IMG/VR virus record: IMGVR_UViG_3300025892_000002
Source: a virus
Length of the DNA stretch: 56,129 bases
Reading direction: 5' to 3' (one strand)
Position 1 is the first letter of the stretch. Each line of letters opens with the position of its first letter. A program made the position numbers and the translations under genes. The notes below the pieces were generated by a model. That model saw nothing but the letters and a program-made list of their open reading frames with translations, was not told the origin of the DNA and did not search any database. Shown one piece after another: positions 26,997-34,902 of the stretch.

Positions 26997-28001
26997 TTAT
27001 GTTAAGCTCCTTAAAAAGTTTTCTATTGAGCCCCCTTGTTTTTTTTGATCTAAAGTTTTTAACACAGGAGATGTACCTTTATCATTTAAAAATAATCCTA
27101 CATTTGTACTTCCTGATTCTCTCATAGTAAAACCATCATAACCTAAATCTTTTAATATAGGATGTAAATCTTCTTGTTCAATAAAATTTGCTGCTCCATC
27201 ATTAAAAAATTTATTTTCTTTAATTGATTTTAAAAACTGTTTCTCAGTTAAAGGTACATCTCCTATATCTGGAGCACCATCATTATATACTTTATTATTT
27301 CTTTTTACCCAAGCTTTAAATCTTTTATTTTTTAAAAGTTCATTAAATTGTTTTTCATTTGTTGGATCAAATATATTTGCATTTTCTTTAATTCTTAATG
27401 GATATGTTCTTGATCCTTTTAGATAACTTCCTTTATCAGAATATAAAGAACTTCTCATAAATGAATCAGCAAATACTGGATCTGGTGATGTAAACAAAAC
27501 TCCTGTACCAGTTCTAAAACCTTCACCTTTAAATGGTTTATTTGTTCCATGATAAACTTTAAATTCTTTTCCTATAGGAAGAGCTGGATAAACTTTTGGA
27601 TCAGAAGCTTGTTTCTCTAAATATTTACCAACATTAGGATCTGTTATATAATCTAAAAAATCTTGTTTTTGTTTATCAGTAGGTTCAGGGTAAGATTTTT
27701 TAGGAGTTATTTTCTTTGCAGCTTTTTTTGCTGTTTGACTTATATATTTAGATCCTGGAACAACCATACCTAGTAAACCTGCTGCTGCTCTAGGTATACC
27801 ATAAGGATCTCCACTAAAAGTTTGCTCTACTCCTTGTTTATATTCTTGTACATCATATGCTGGTGATATTAAATCTAAACCAAATAGCCCTGCTTTTTTA
27901 ATATCTTCTATTGTCATATTATTTTTAGGTACTGTTTGATCACCTGTACCATATCTTATAGAACGTAATCCTTTTTTATCTGCCATGTAAACAAACCTCA
28001 A
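26997..28001 (-). CDS. ART-like (ADP-ribosyltransferase-fold candidate) protein, 334 aa, probably virion-associated
   Basis: FKVYHGT...GEGF, GVLFTSPDPVFADSF and LGYDGFTMRESGSTNVGLF (~27072-27569) resemble the H-Y-E/PolyVal-type ART blocks I recall; located between TerL and portal. Confidence 0.4.
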   Translation of the reverse strand: MRFVYMADKKGLRSIRYGTGDQTVPKNNMTIEDIKKAGLFGLDLISPAYDVQEYKQGVEQTFSGDPYGIPRAAAGLLGMVVPGSKYISQTAKKAAKKITPKKSYPEPTDKQKQDFLDYITDPNVGKYLEKQASDPKVYPALPIGKEFKVYHGTNKPFKGEGFRTGTGVLFTSPDPVFADSFMRSSLYSDKGSYLKGSRTYPLRIKENANIFDPTNEKQFNELLKNKRFKAWVKRNNKVYNDGAPDIGDVPLTEKQFLKSIKENKFFNDGAANFIEQEDLHPILKDLGYDGFTMRESGSTNVGLFLNDKGTSPVLKTLDQKKQGGSIENFLRSLT

Positions 28002-28047
28002 ACAATAAACAATAAATAATGATTAATGAAAAGAATAACATTTGTTT

Positions 28048-28076
28048 ATTATAGCACTAAACTCTCCAGTAAGCAA
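28048..28076 (-). promoter_or_regulatory. Sigma70-type promoter on - strand: TTGCTT-N17-TATAAT with TGn extended -10, overlapping the TerL 3' end
   Basis: Reverse complement of 28071-28076 = TTGCTT and of 28048-28053 = TATAAT; the spacer ends ...TTAGTGC. Confidence 0.5.
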
Positions 28077-29562
28077 CTTTCTTTTCTTTTGGTTCATCAG
28101 ACCACTCAGGATCTTCTGGATGTGATAAGTGCCAAGACTCTTTCATATAGTGTATAGCCATAGTCATAGCATCCACTTGGTCATCATGTGCAGCATTTGG
28201 AAAACGTAACATCTCTTCTAATAAATCTTCTGACCACTTTTTATTTTTAGGTAGCCATACTTTACCAGACTCCATCATGGGAGTAGACGCATAGACTCTT
28301 GATACTTTATCTCTATCAGGTAGATACTCTAGTACAGGTATACCAGCTCTACGCATATCTTGTATTAATGATTGACCAGATGCTTTCTTCTCTACCATAC
28401 ATACATCAGGTCTATGCTCCTGATACAATAGTTGCGTCATGCGCCTTAATTCTGGATATTCAAATCTTCCTTTAATGTTTCCTAGAAGAATAAGATTGCC
28501 TTCATAGCTTTCATATCCATCTTCAGTCTGATCATACATAGAGAATATACCCCATGTTTGAATAACACTATAATCTGCTGTAGTTTTTGTAGAGAATGCT
28601 GTATCATAGGTTTGTATTATAAAATCACAGGGTGGTGGTTCATCATATTCCCACCATTTAATCCATTTCTTCTTTATTAATCCACCTTCATCTGGTGTTG
28701 GGTCCTGCATATACAATGCATTCCAGTATCTGCTACCATTTGATGCTTTAATCTCGTGTTCATCTATACGTAGAACTTCTTCTGGTTTCCATTCAGGAAA
28801 ATAACTAGATCCTACTGGAAGATCTAACAATTTTGCAGCAGGTTCATCTAACCATGCAGGAATACGTACAACATCCCAGGGAATAACATCATAATCTCCT
28901 GCATTATCCTCTTGTTTTAGTAACCATCCACATAAATCATCATAATGATACCTTGTATTAATAATTAGTATAGAACCATTAGGCATAATACGTGTTCTTA
29001 GTCCTGCAGGGTACCATTCCTTAACGTATCTTCTACCTGCTTCAGAGTAGGAGTCTTCTTCTGACATGACATCATCAAGAATTGCGATATGTGCTCCTCT
29101 TCCTGCAATCTGGGATCTAACTCCAGCAGCGTAATACTGTCCTCCTTTGTTAGTCTTCCACTTTCCTGCAGCTCGTACATCTGATCGTAAGGACACTCCT
29201 TGGAAGACATCTTGAAACTCTTCAGTATTGACAATGTCCCTGACAGAACGCCCAAAATCACTTGATAACTGGTCACTATGGGAAACAGTAAGTATCTCAT
29301 GTTCTGGATTCCTTCCTATATACCATGCTGGAAACAATTTAGAACAGATAACAGACTTAGAAGACCTAGGAGGTAGAAAGACCATTAGCCTTTTAATGTC
29401 TCCAGACTCTAATTGTAGTAATTTATCTGCTATTACTTCAATATGTTTACCCATCTTAAAGTCTGACACAAGCATTGGTGCCATTTGTTTGACAAACGTA
29501 AGAAAATCTTGCTTAGATTCTTGTTTAATCTTATACTTTAACATTATATCTAAGTCTAACAA
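28057..29562 (-). CDS. terL: Terminase large subunit, 501 aa
   Basis: Walker-A-like PPRSSKS, Walker B AILDDV, nuclease Asp motifs (TYDTAFS, HDDQVDA). The track start is TTG 29562; ATG 29544 is an alternative. Confidence 0.85.
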   Translation of the reverse strand: MLDLDIMLKYKIKQESKQDFLTFVKQMAPMLVSDFKMGKHIEVIADKLLQLESGDIKRLMVFLPPRSSKSVICSKLFPAWYIGRNPEHEILTVSHSDQLSSDFGRSVRDIVNTEEFQDVFQGVSLRSDVRAAGKWKTNKGGQYYAAGVRSQIAGRGAHIAILDDVMSEEDSYSEAGRRYVKEWYPAGLRTRIMPNGSILIINTRYHYDDLCGWLLKQEDNAGDYDVIPWDVVRIPAWLDEPAAKLLDLPVGSSYFPEWKPEEVLRIDEHEIKASNGSRYWNALYMQDPTPDEGGLIKKKWIKWWEYDEPPPCDFIIQTYDTAFSTKTTADYSVIQTWGIFSMYDQTEDGYESYEGNLILLGNIKGRFEYPELRRMTQLLYQEHRPDVCMVEKKASGQSLIQDMRRAGIPVLEYLPDRDKVSRVYASTPMMESGKVWLPKNKKWSEDLLEEMLRFPNAAHDDQVDAMTMAIHYMKESWHLSHPEDPEWSDEPKEKKVAYWRV

Positions 29563-29701
29563 GTTTTCAAAGTAAGGCGTAGGCTCTATATGTTCTATAA
29601 CTTCTATAACATTATATCCTTATTGTATATCTTTATATTTATTATTATTATATTAACAATAACAATAATAACAAGCAATAGTATTTTATATATTATATAT
29701 A

Positions 29702-29730
29702 ATTATACAAACCTTTTTTAAGATTGTCAA
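29702..29730 (-). promoter_or_regulatory. Perfect-consensus sigma70 promoter on - strand (TTGACA-N17-TATAAT) heading the leftward late arm
   Basis: Reverse complement of 29725-29730 = TTGACA and of 29702-29707 = TATAAT, with an exact 17-nt spacer. Confidence 0.65.
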
Positions 29731-29972
29731 GTCTTTTATTATTTATTTTTATTATGGTTAGTCTGACAAGGTTTTTTGTAAATATATGGCACCCCTATAT
29801 ATATATAATAAACTCGCCTGAATTTTTGGGGTGGGGTGTTCCCTTTTTGTTCTATAATCCTTTATTTCTGTCAAAAAGATACCTTATCATTATAAAACAT
29901 TATAAAAAGTGAGTAGATTATACAATTTATAACCCCCTTTATGTTATACAATCGTATTATCTAATATAAATC

Positions 29973-30015
29973 CTTATATATAAAGCGTTCTTATATCTCT
30001 TATATACTCTTATAT
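29973..30015. repeat. Four direct CTTATAT repeats in the divergent control region
   Basis: Copies start at 29973, 29990, 29999 and 30009; the last three are ~1 helical turn apart. The AT-rich background lowers significance. Confidence 0.35.
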
Positions 30016-30059
30016 AGTTAGTTCTAATAATATAAATAGTTATGCTTATGATTATATAT

Positions 30060-30073
30060 GGTGACTAGTCACC
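30060..30073. promoter_or_regulatory. Palindrome GGTGACTAGTCACC, copy 1, immediately followed by CTATAAT
   Basis: Direct read; perfect 14-bp inverted repeat. Confidence 0.8.
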
Positions 30074-30103
30074 CTATAATATTATTTAAATATATATATT
30101 TGT

Positions 30104-30132
30104 TTGACAATATGAGATGATTGAATTATATA
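30104..30132 (+). promoter_or_regulatory. Sigma70-type rightward early promoter TTGACA-N17-TATATA
   Basis: TTGACA 30104-30109, TATATA 30127-30132 (TATAAT at 30129-30134 with N19); ~70 nt upstream of ATG 30201. Confidence 0.55.
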
Positions 30133-30200
30133 ATGGGTAACCAAGAAAAACTACGTTATAACCATTTGGATATAGCGAACTTAAATAAAGGAAACTAAAA

Positions 30201-30815
30201 ATGACTAACACTATAAAAGAAGTAAAACTAAATAAGACAATTCAAGCATCTATTAAAGCTACAGGTTTAATTATGCCTAAGTACTTAGAAAGTAAGAAGG
30301 TATTAAATAAAGCTACTGGCTTGGTAGATAAAGAAGGATTTATAATAGTAGCCCATATGATTAGCGCATATTCTTTTGAATTAAATGATAAAGAGAAAGC
30401 TTTATATATGAAAAGTATTATTAGAACTGGAATGAGTGAGACTGAATTCAAGGAAAAGAGAAAGGTAGCTAATTCACCAGTAATAAAATCTATTATTAAA
30501 TCTAATTCAACCCATCAATCAGTTTTAAGAGAATTAGAGAAATTAGATTTACATACTATGACAAGTGTTAAGACTTTTAAGAATTCTCATAAAGTTATAG
30601 ATGGTGAATTTCTAGTTAAAAAAGATTTACCTAGTAATAAGGTTCAATCTGATAAAGAAGCACCTATTGAAAAGAATGAAAAGAAATTAGATATTTCTAA
30701 AATGAATAGAGATGAATTAATTTCTCAAATATCCATTAGGCAAATGGAAATTGAATTAATGAAAGTTCAATTAAATAAACTTAATCAAGAAAGCGAGGAT
30801 GTAAAAATAGCTTAA
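30201..30815 (+). CDS. First early protein, 204 aa, C-terminal coiled coil, unknown function
   Basis: RBS AAAGGAAA upstream; followed by a strong terminator. Confidence 0.55.
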   Translation: MTNTIKEVKLNKTIQASIKATGLIMPKYLESKKVLNKATGLVDKEGFIIVAHMISAYSFELNDKEKALYMKSIIRTGMSETEFKEKRKVANSPVIKSIIKSNSTHQSVLRELEKLDLHTMTSVKTFKNSHKVIDGEFLVKKDLPSNKVQSDKEAPIEKNEKKLDISKMNRDELISQISIRQMEIELMKVQLNKLNQESEDVKIA

Positions 30816-30834
30816 CTTTTAAACATCTAATATT

Positions 30835-30868
30835 AAAGCCCTTGTATTAATTTATAAGGGCTTTTTTT
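30835..30868 (+). terminator. Rho-independent terminator
   Basis: AAAGCCCTT (30835-43) pairs with AAGGGCTTT (30856-64), 12-nt loop, run of 7 T to 30868. Confidence 0.75.
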
Positions 30869-30912
30869 ATGTCTAATTTAAGAGCCCTTCACTATCCTTT
30901 ACTATATATCTA

Positions 30913-30956
30913 AGCACCTACACCCTACCAAGCACCTCCAATAGCTAACTAGCACC
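30913..30956. repeat. Three AGCACC (GGTGCT on - strand) repeats in a C-rich, G-poor untranslated island
   Basis: Copies at 30913, 30931 and 30951 (spacing 18 and 20 bp), plus AGCCTATT twice at ~30964-30982. Confidence 0.35.
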
Positions 30957-30982
30957 CCTTAAAAGCCTATTAAATAGCCTAT

Positions 30983-31010
30983 TTGACTTAGATTAATAGC
31001 TATATATACT
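30983..31010 (+). promoter_or_regulatory. Sigma70-type promoter candidate TTGACT-N16-TATACT
   Basis: TTGACT 30983-88, TATACT 31005-10; upstream of ATG 31034. Confidence 0.4.
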
Positions 31011-31033
31011 ACACTTAATGAAAGGTTATAAAA

Positions 31034-31222
31034 ATGAAATATAATAATATACAAAAATTAACTAATAATTGGAAAGCTAATGAAGGTAATTCATGTAAAG
31101 TTTTATATAATGGATTGAAAAGAATTAAACATAAAAAACCCAGTAGCTTAAAAGTATATCATAAGATAAGCGCAAATACTTTTATACATATTATGACTGG
31201 TGAAAAGATTATTATTAAATAA
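31034..31222 (+). CDS. Basic early protein, 62 aa
   Basis: ORF with AAAGG RBS. Confidence 0.45.
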   Translation: MKYNNIQKLTNNWKANEGNSCKVLYNGLKRIKHKKPSSLKVYHKISANTFIHIMTGEKIIIK

Positions 31223-31225
31223 GAG

Positions 31226-31239
31226 GGTGACTAGTCACC
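31226..31239. promoter_or_regulatory. Palindrome GGTGACTAGTCACC, copy 2
   Basis: Starts 4 nt after the stop at 31222. The downstream 27 nt (ATACAAAATAGAAAGGAACTAATCAGA ATG) are nearly identical to those after copy 3. Confidence 0.8.
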
Positions 31240-31266
31240 ATACAAAATAGAAAGGAACTAATCAGA

Positions 31267-31461
31267 ATGTTAAAATTTATTATGCAATTATGGATATTAA
31301 CTTTTATATGTATATCTCTTTTAATACTATTCATGGCACTAGGTGGACATGAACACCAAGCTATATTAGATGGTGCTAAATTTAGTACTAAAATATTAGT
31401 AGCTAGTAATATAGTTATTGATACTGTTATATTAGTTATATATATTTTATTTAAAAGATAG
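31267..31461 (+). CDS. Early small membrane protein, 64 aa, two TM segments
   Basis: LWILTFICISLLILFMAL and IVIDTVILVIYILF hydrophobic stretches. Confidence 0.5.
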   Translation: MLKFIMQLWILTFICISLLILFMALGGHEHQAILDGAKFSTKILVASNIVIDTVILVIYILFKR

Positions 31462-31475
31462 GGTGACTAGTCACC
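31462..31475. promoter_or_regulatory. Palindrome GGTGACTAGTCACC, copy 3
   Basis: Begins the base after the stop at 31461; followed by TTACAATTAGAAAGGAACTGAACAGA ATG. Confidence 0.8.
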
Positions 31476-31501
31476 TTACAATTAGAAAGGAACTGAACAG
31501 A

Positions 31502-31657
31502 ATGATAATAGATAACTATACAATAATAAATGTGAGAAACTTTAAAGATTATAAAGATAAAGTCTTTTATATTAAACCCTTTAAACTTAATATAGCGAAC
31601 CCTTTATTATTTTTTTATATGAGATTAGCAAGGAAAGGAACTGGACAGAATGAGTAA
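31502..31657 (+). CDS. Early protein, 51 aa (ATG 31502; the track ORF starts at a non-ATG inside the palindrome)
   Basis: AAAGGAA RBS 9 nt upstream of ATG 31502. Confidence 0.4.
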   Translation: MIIDNYTIINVRNFKDYKDKVFYIKPFKLNIANPLLFFYMRLARKGTGQNE

Positions 31658-32435
31658 TGGATTTATATTTAATGAAACATCTGACATAGTTAGTATTGCT
31701 ACCTTCAATTCATCTAATCCAAAGACAGGTGATGAGGTGCAGACATGGATAATATATAAACATGAGCCACCACATGTAGCTATAGACACAGGCAAAGACT
31801 CTATAATATGTGGTGATTGTAAGCATAGAGGTAAGGTGTTATCTTTTAAAGATGCTCTCAAGTATGCTAATATATTATCTAATGTTAAGAAGAAAGCACT
31901 ACTAAAAAGAATAGATACTAAAAGAGAGAAAGGTTTAAATAGTATTAATGTTGATAGAAGATGTTACGTTACTACATGGCAAGCACCACTAAGCATATAC
32001 AAAGCATGGAAGAAAGGTAACTATCCAACACTAACACCCAAGCAAGCGCAGAAAAGATTAGCTTATAAGAAGGTAAGGCTTGGCTCGTATGGTGACCCAG
32101 TACACGTACCACTAGAGGTATGGAATACTATATTAAAATTTACACTAGGCACTACTGGTTACACGCACCAATGGAAAAACTTAGAGTATATAGGATATAG
32201 TAAATATCTTATGGCAAGTGTTGATACATCAGAAGAAATGTTTCAAGCTAATGTTTTAGGATACAGAACTTTTAGAGTAAGGAAAAAGAATGAAGAGGTG
32301 CAACCAAATGAAGTGGGTTGTTTATCTGATAGGAATGCAAGAGGTACTAAGAAACTTGTACCTTGTGTAGATTGTATGATGTGTAGTGGTTTGACATCTA
32401 AAGTTACTAAAGATATATCTATCATACAACATTAA
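31650..32435 (+). CDS. Cys-rich conserved early protein, 261 aa, unknown function
   Basis: CGDCKHRG, RRCYV, GSYGDPVHVP, YTHQW and PCVDCMMC motifs suggest metal binding. Confidence 0.5.
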   Translation: MSNGFIFNETSDIVSIATFNSSNPKTGDEVQTWIIYKHEPPHVAIDTGKDSIICGDCKHRGKVLSFKDALKYANILSNVKKKALLKRIDTKREKGLNSINVDRRCYVTTWQAPLSIYKAWKKGNYPTLTPKQAQKRLAYKKVRLGSYGDPVHVPLEVWNTILKFTLGTTGYTHQWKNLEYIGYSKYLMASVDTSEEMFQANVLGYRTFRVRKKNEEVQPNEVGCLSDRNARGTKKLVPCVDCMMCSGLTSKVTKDISIIQH

Positions 32436-32437
32436 CA

Positions 32438-32454
32438 GTTACCATTTTGGTAAC
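32438..32454 (+). other. Short hairpin GTTACC-ATTTT-GGTAAC just after the stop codon
   Basis: 32438-43 pairs with 32449-54. Confidence 0.3.
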
Positions 32455-32461
32455 ATAACAA

Positions 32462-32475
32462 GGTGACTAGTCACC
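32462..32475. promoter_or_regulatory. Palindrome GGTGACTAGTCACC, copy 4
   Basis: Direct read; 18 nt upstream of ATG 32494. Confidence 0.8.
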
Positions 32476-32493
32476 CTATTGAAAGGAAAGAAC

Positions 32494-32778
32494 ATGAAGA
32501 ATAAATTTGGTAAATCAAAAAACATTGACAATGCATATGCTACATACAGAGTAGTAACAGATAGTGGTATGTACTTTGAATGGAAGATTTTAAAGACATG
32601 GCAACACAAAGACAATGAAGATAAGAACCCTTATGCTAGGTGGTATACTGCATGCAAATCTCCTATGACCTACGATAGTTGGGAATATGGTGATGCTTAC
32701 ATAAAAGAAATACTAGACACTAATCCAGAGTTAATATCAGCAACAGAAGAATGGAAGGAAACATACAATGAAGTATAA
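32494..32778 (+). CDS. Early protein, 94 aa (the track gives a TTG start at 32479)
   Basis: GAAAGGAAAG RBS before ATG 32494. Confidence 0.5.
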   Translation: MKNKFGKSKNIDNAYATYRVVTDSGMYFEWKILKTWQHKDNEDKNPYARWYTACKSPMTYDSWEYGDAYIKEILDTNPELISATEEWKETYNEV

Positions 32779-33070
32779 AAAATATGAGCTATGGTGGGCT
32801 ACATTTAAAACAATGCTCACATTAAAACCTATGTATGCACAAGTAAATGAAACAGATTTAGATAATGTCTATACAGAACATGTAAGAAAGTTTAAGTATG
32901 GCTATCTATTCTATAGAGATATGATAGATTTCTATAACAATAAAGAATATCTAGGTGCATTCTTTAGTATAACAAAAGAACAATATGATATACGTAAAGA
33001 AGAGAACATGATGAGAGATTATGTAGCTGAAGCACATGAGAATGGTAACCCATATAACGTGAGAGGATAA
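32768..33070 (+). CDS. Early protein, 100 aa
   Basis: ORF overlaps the previous gene by 11 nt. Confidence 0.5.
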   Translation: MKYKKYELWWATFKTMLTLKPMYAQVNETDLDNVYTEHVRKFKYGYLFYRDMIDFYNNKEYLGAFFSITKEQYDIRKEENMMRDYVAEAHENGNPYNVRG

Positions 33071-33074
33071 TGAA

Positions 33075-33257
33075 ATGAATGTGATACCATTTAAAAAGAA
33101 AGAAGATACTACATACAAAACAAATATACATTATAGATTTGGACAAGCTAAAGCATTGCTTAATTATGTACTAACTAATGACAGCTTGACTACTATAGAG
33201 AGAACAGCTATAGATAATTTTATAATTAATGATGATAAAATAAAGGAGAATACATGA
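33075..33257 (+). CDS. Early protein, 60 aa
   Basis: ORF with GAGAGGA RBS. Confidence 0.45.
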   Translation: MNVIPFKKKEDTTYKTNIHYRFGQAKALLNYVLTNDSLTTIERTAIDNFIINDDKIKENT

Positions 33258-33457
33258 CAGCATTACAGAACAGTTACTTACTAGAACTAGAAGAAAAGTA
33301 TGGAGATAAAGCATTATCTTTTTTAAATAAAGGGTATAACTTTTCTGAACAGTTTGCTAATGAGTTTATTAAACAACACAACGTACCAGACCATGAAGAA
33401 GAATATGTTTCTGAGTGGTTACAAGAAGGATATAAGGAGGTGATGAGTGGAGTATAA
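33254..33457 (+). CDS. Acidic early protein, 67 aa
   Basis: ATGA overlap with the previous gene. Confidence 0.5.
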   Translation: MTALQNSYLLELEEKYGDKALSFLNKGYNFSEQFANEFIKQHNVPDHEEEYVSEWLQEGYKEVMSGV

Positions 33458-33617
33458 AGAAATACAAACTTACTTAGATGCTGATAGTTTTATTGAAGCA
33501 CATAAAGGACTATGGGATATGCTAGAAAGTAAGTATAAAAAGATAGATGAAGAAACTGTAGTGATAGATAATACTACATGGAAACTAATGAAAGGAAGTA
33601 TGACATGCATAAAGTAA
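33447..33617 (+). CDS. Unlisted GTG-initiated ORF, 56 aa
   Basis: AAGGAGG 6 nt upstream of GTG 33447; hand-translated to TAA 33615-17; fills an otherwise empty 120 nt in a tightly packed region. Confidence 0.4.
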   Translation: MEYKEIQTYLDADSFIEAHKGLWDMLESKYKKIDEETVVIDNTTWKLMKGSMTCIK

Positions 33618-33763
33618 ATAAAGATATACTTGTATCAGCAAGTGATGTAAGTAAAGAAGAACAAGAAGAATATAATAAGTGGATTGATAAACAAAATAAA
33701 GATAAAGAAAGAACAGAAGATTTAGACAATCAATACTATAGTGAAGGAGAACAACATGAATGA
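33605..33763 (+). CDS. Acidic early protein, 52 aa (the track start 33578 is less likely)
   Basis: AAAGGAAG RBS before ATG 33605. Confidence 0.4.
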   Translation: MHKVNKDILVSASDVSKEEQEEYNKWIDKQNKDKERTEDLDNQYYSEGEQHE

Positions 33764-33947
33764 CTTACAAAACAGTATAGGTAATGTTTCAAATACATTA
33801 CAACAAGCAAAAGAATATGCAGATAGAGCTGTGGATAGTGCTAATGAGGCTGAGATACAAGCTAGTGAAGCACATACACAAGCAATAGAAGCACGTGAGC
33901 TAATAGAGAGAGCTATGGAGTGGCTAGAGGAGTTAGACAATGAGTGA
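33756..33947 (+). CDS. Coiled-coil early protein, 63 aa
   Basis: AAGGAG 6 nt before ATG 33756 (the track start is 33741). Confidence 0.5.
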   Translation: MNDLQNSIGNVSNTLQQAKEYADRAVDSANEAEIQASEAHTQAIEARELIERAMEWLEELDNE

Positions 33948-34134
33948 TAAACAATTAGCTGAAAAACATTTTGGTATGTTGCATGACAATTGGATAGGTG
34001 ATGAGCAAAGACACTATGAAGAGTATTATGGTGTGGAATGTGCTGATAAAATTTCAACATCTAAATTAAAAGAACATACTTACAAAGACTTGAGAGTAAT
34101 ACAAGAATTTTTTGAGGAGTATCATTATGCCTAA
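33940..34134 (+). CDS. Early protein, 64 aa
   Basis: 8-nt overlap with the previous gene. Confidence 0.5.
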   Translation: MSDKQLAEKHFGMLHDNWIGDEQRHYEEYYGVECADKISTSKLKEHTYKDLRVIQEFFEEYHYA

Positions 34135-34315
34135 TAAGATGAGTAGAGATATAAATACAATACCAACTACAGACAGACACATAGTAAGCTATCAACTATA
34201 TGTAGAGTGGAATGATAGTCCTAAATTAGTACGACTAAATCATGATATGCCTAGCCATGTAGCCAATGCTATTGATGAATGGTTTGGAGATATAGAAACA
34301 GAGGAGAATGTATAA
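34127..34315 (+). CDS. Early protein, 62 aa
   Basis: ATG 34127 (MPNKMSRD...) preferred over the track start 34112. Confidence 0.45.
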   Translation: MPNKMSRDINTIPTTDRHIVSYQLYVEWNDSPKLVRLNHDMPSHVANAIDEWFGDIETEENV

Positions 34316-34515
34316 TGACATGGTCTAAAACTCCAGAGCAAATGGGTATACAACCATGTGAAGTATGTGGTGAAGATACTAGCTTTGGCTCTGGTAGATT
34401 TGTTAATCGTATACCATGTGATGATAATTATATGTGTTATGAATGCCTTGCTGAAATTGAAAAAGAAATAGAGGAGGAAAGTGAAATGCAAAAGGAGAAT
34501 GATAATGATAGATGA
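34315..34515 (+). CDS. Zn-ribbon early protein, 66 aa
   Basis: CEVC...(23 aa)...CYEC; TAATG overlap at 34315. Confidence 0.5.
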   Translation: MTWSKTPEQMGIQPCEVCGEDTSFGSGRFVNRIPCDDNYMCYECLAEIEKEIEEESEMQKENDNDR

Positions 34516-34659
34516 TGCAATAACAACTGTAGGTTTTGCTTTACAATCTTATGTTAATACTTGTATCCATGAGGATACTGAAGAGAACAAAGCAGAACGT
34601 GAAGAACTAGAAGAAGCATGGGCAGTAATAAAAAAGAAATTATTTAAGGAGAATAGCTA

Positions 34660-34902
34660 ATGACTAAAATATATATTAGAAAAGTTCATGACGACCAAGC
34701 ATATACTATTTCTTTTGGCACAGAGAAAGATGTTAAAAATTGGAAAGAGGAACAAAAGGAATGGGAAGAGGAAGATTTTTCTGTAGCTGACGATAGTATA
34801 GAATTACTTTGTGAATTTAAAGACAATAATTTACGTGAAGTATTACAAAAAATTAACAAAGAATTAGATGTGTTAGTTAAATTGGGAGTGTTACACAGAT
34901 GA
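34660..34902 (+). CDS. Early protein, 80 aa
   Basis: AAGGAGAA RBS upstream. Confidence 0.5.
   Translation: MTKIYIRKVHDDQAYTISFGTEKDVKNWKEEQKEWEEEDFSVADDSIELLCEFKDNNLREVLQKINKELDVLVKLGVLHR

Noticed and set aside
28998-29575. ORFs 28998-29300 (-) and 29228-29575 (+) overlapping TerL
   Set aside because: They lie entirely inside or antisense to a gene with clear terminase motifs, so they are alternative-frame artefacts.
29724-29912. 62-codon + strand ORF in the divergent control region
   Set aside because: It has a TTG start overlapping the leftward promoter's -35, a low-complexity Phe/Ile/Leu translation typical of AT-rich non-coding DNA, and no RBS.
30169-30180. 11-mer ATATAGCGAAC shared with ~31591
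   Set aside because: Hundreds of 11-mer coincidences are expected by chance in a 56-kb AT-rich sequence.
34504-34659. Apparent 51-codon ORF filling the gap before 34660
   Set aside because: Careful retranslation shows that the frame from ATG 34504 stops after 22 codons (TGA 34570). Only a 36-codon ORF from ATG 34550 remains. That is too weak to call, so the region is left unassigned; a sequencing frameshift is possible.
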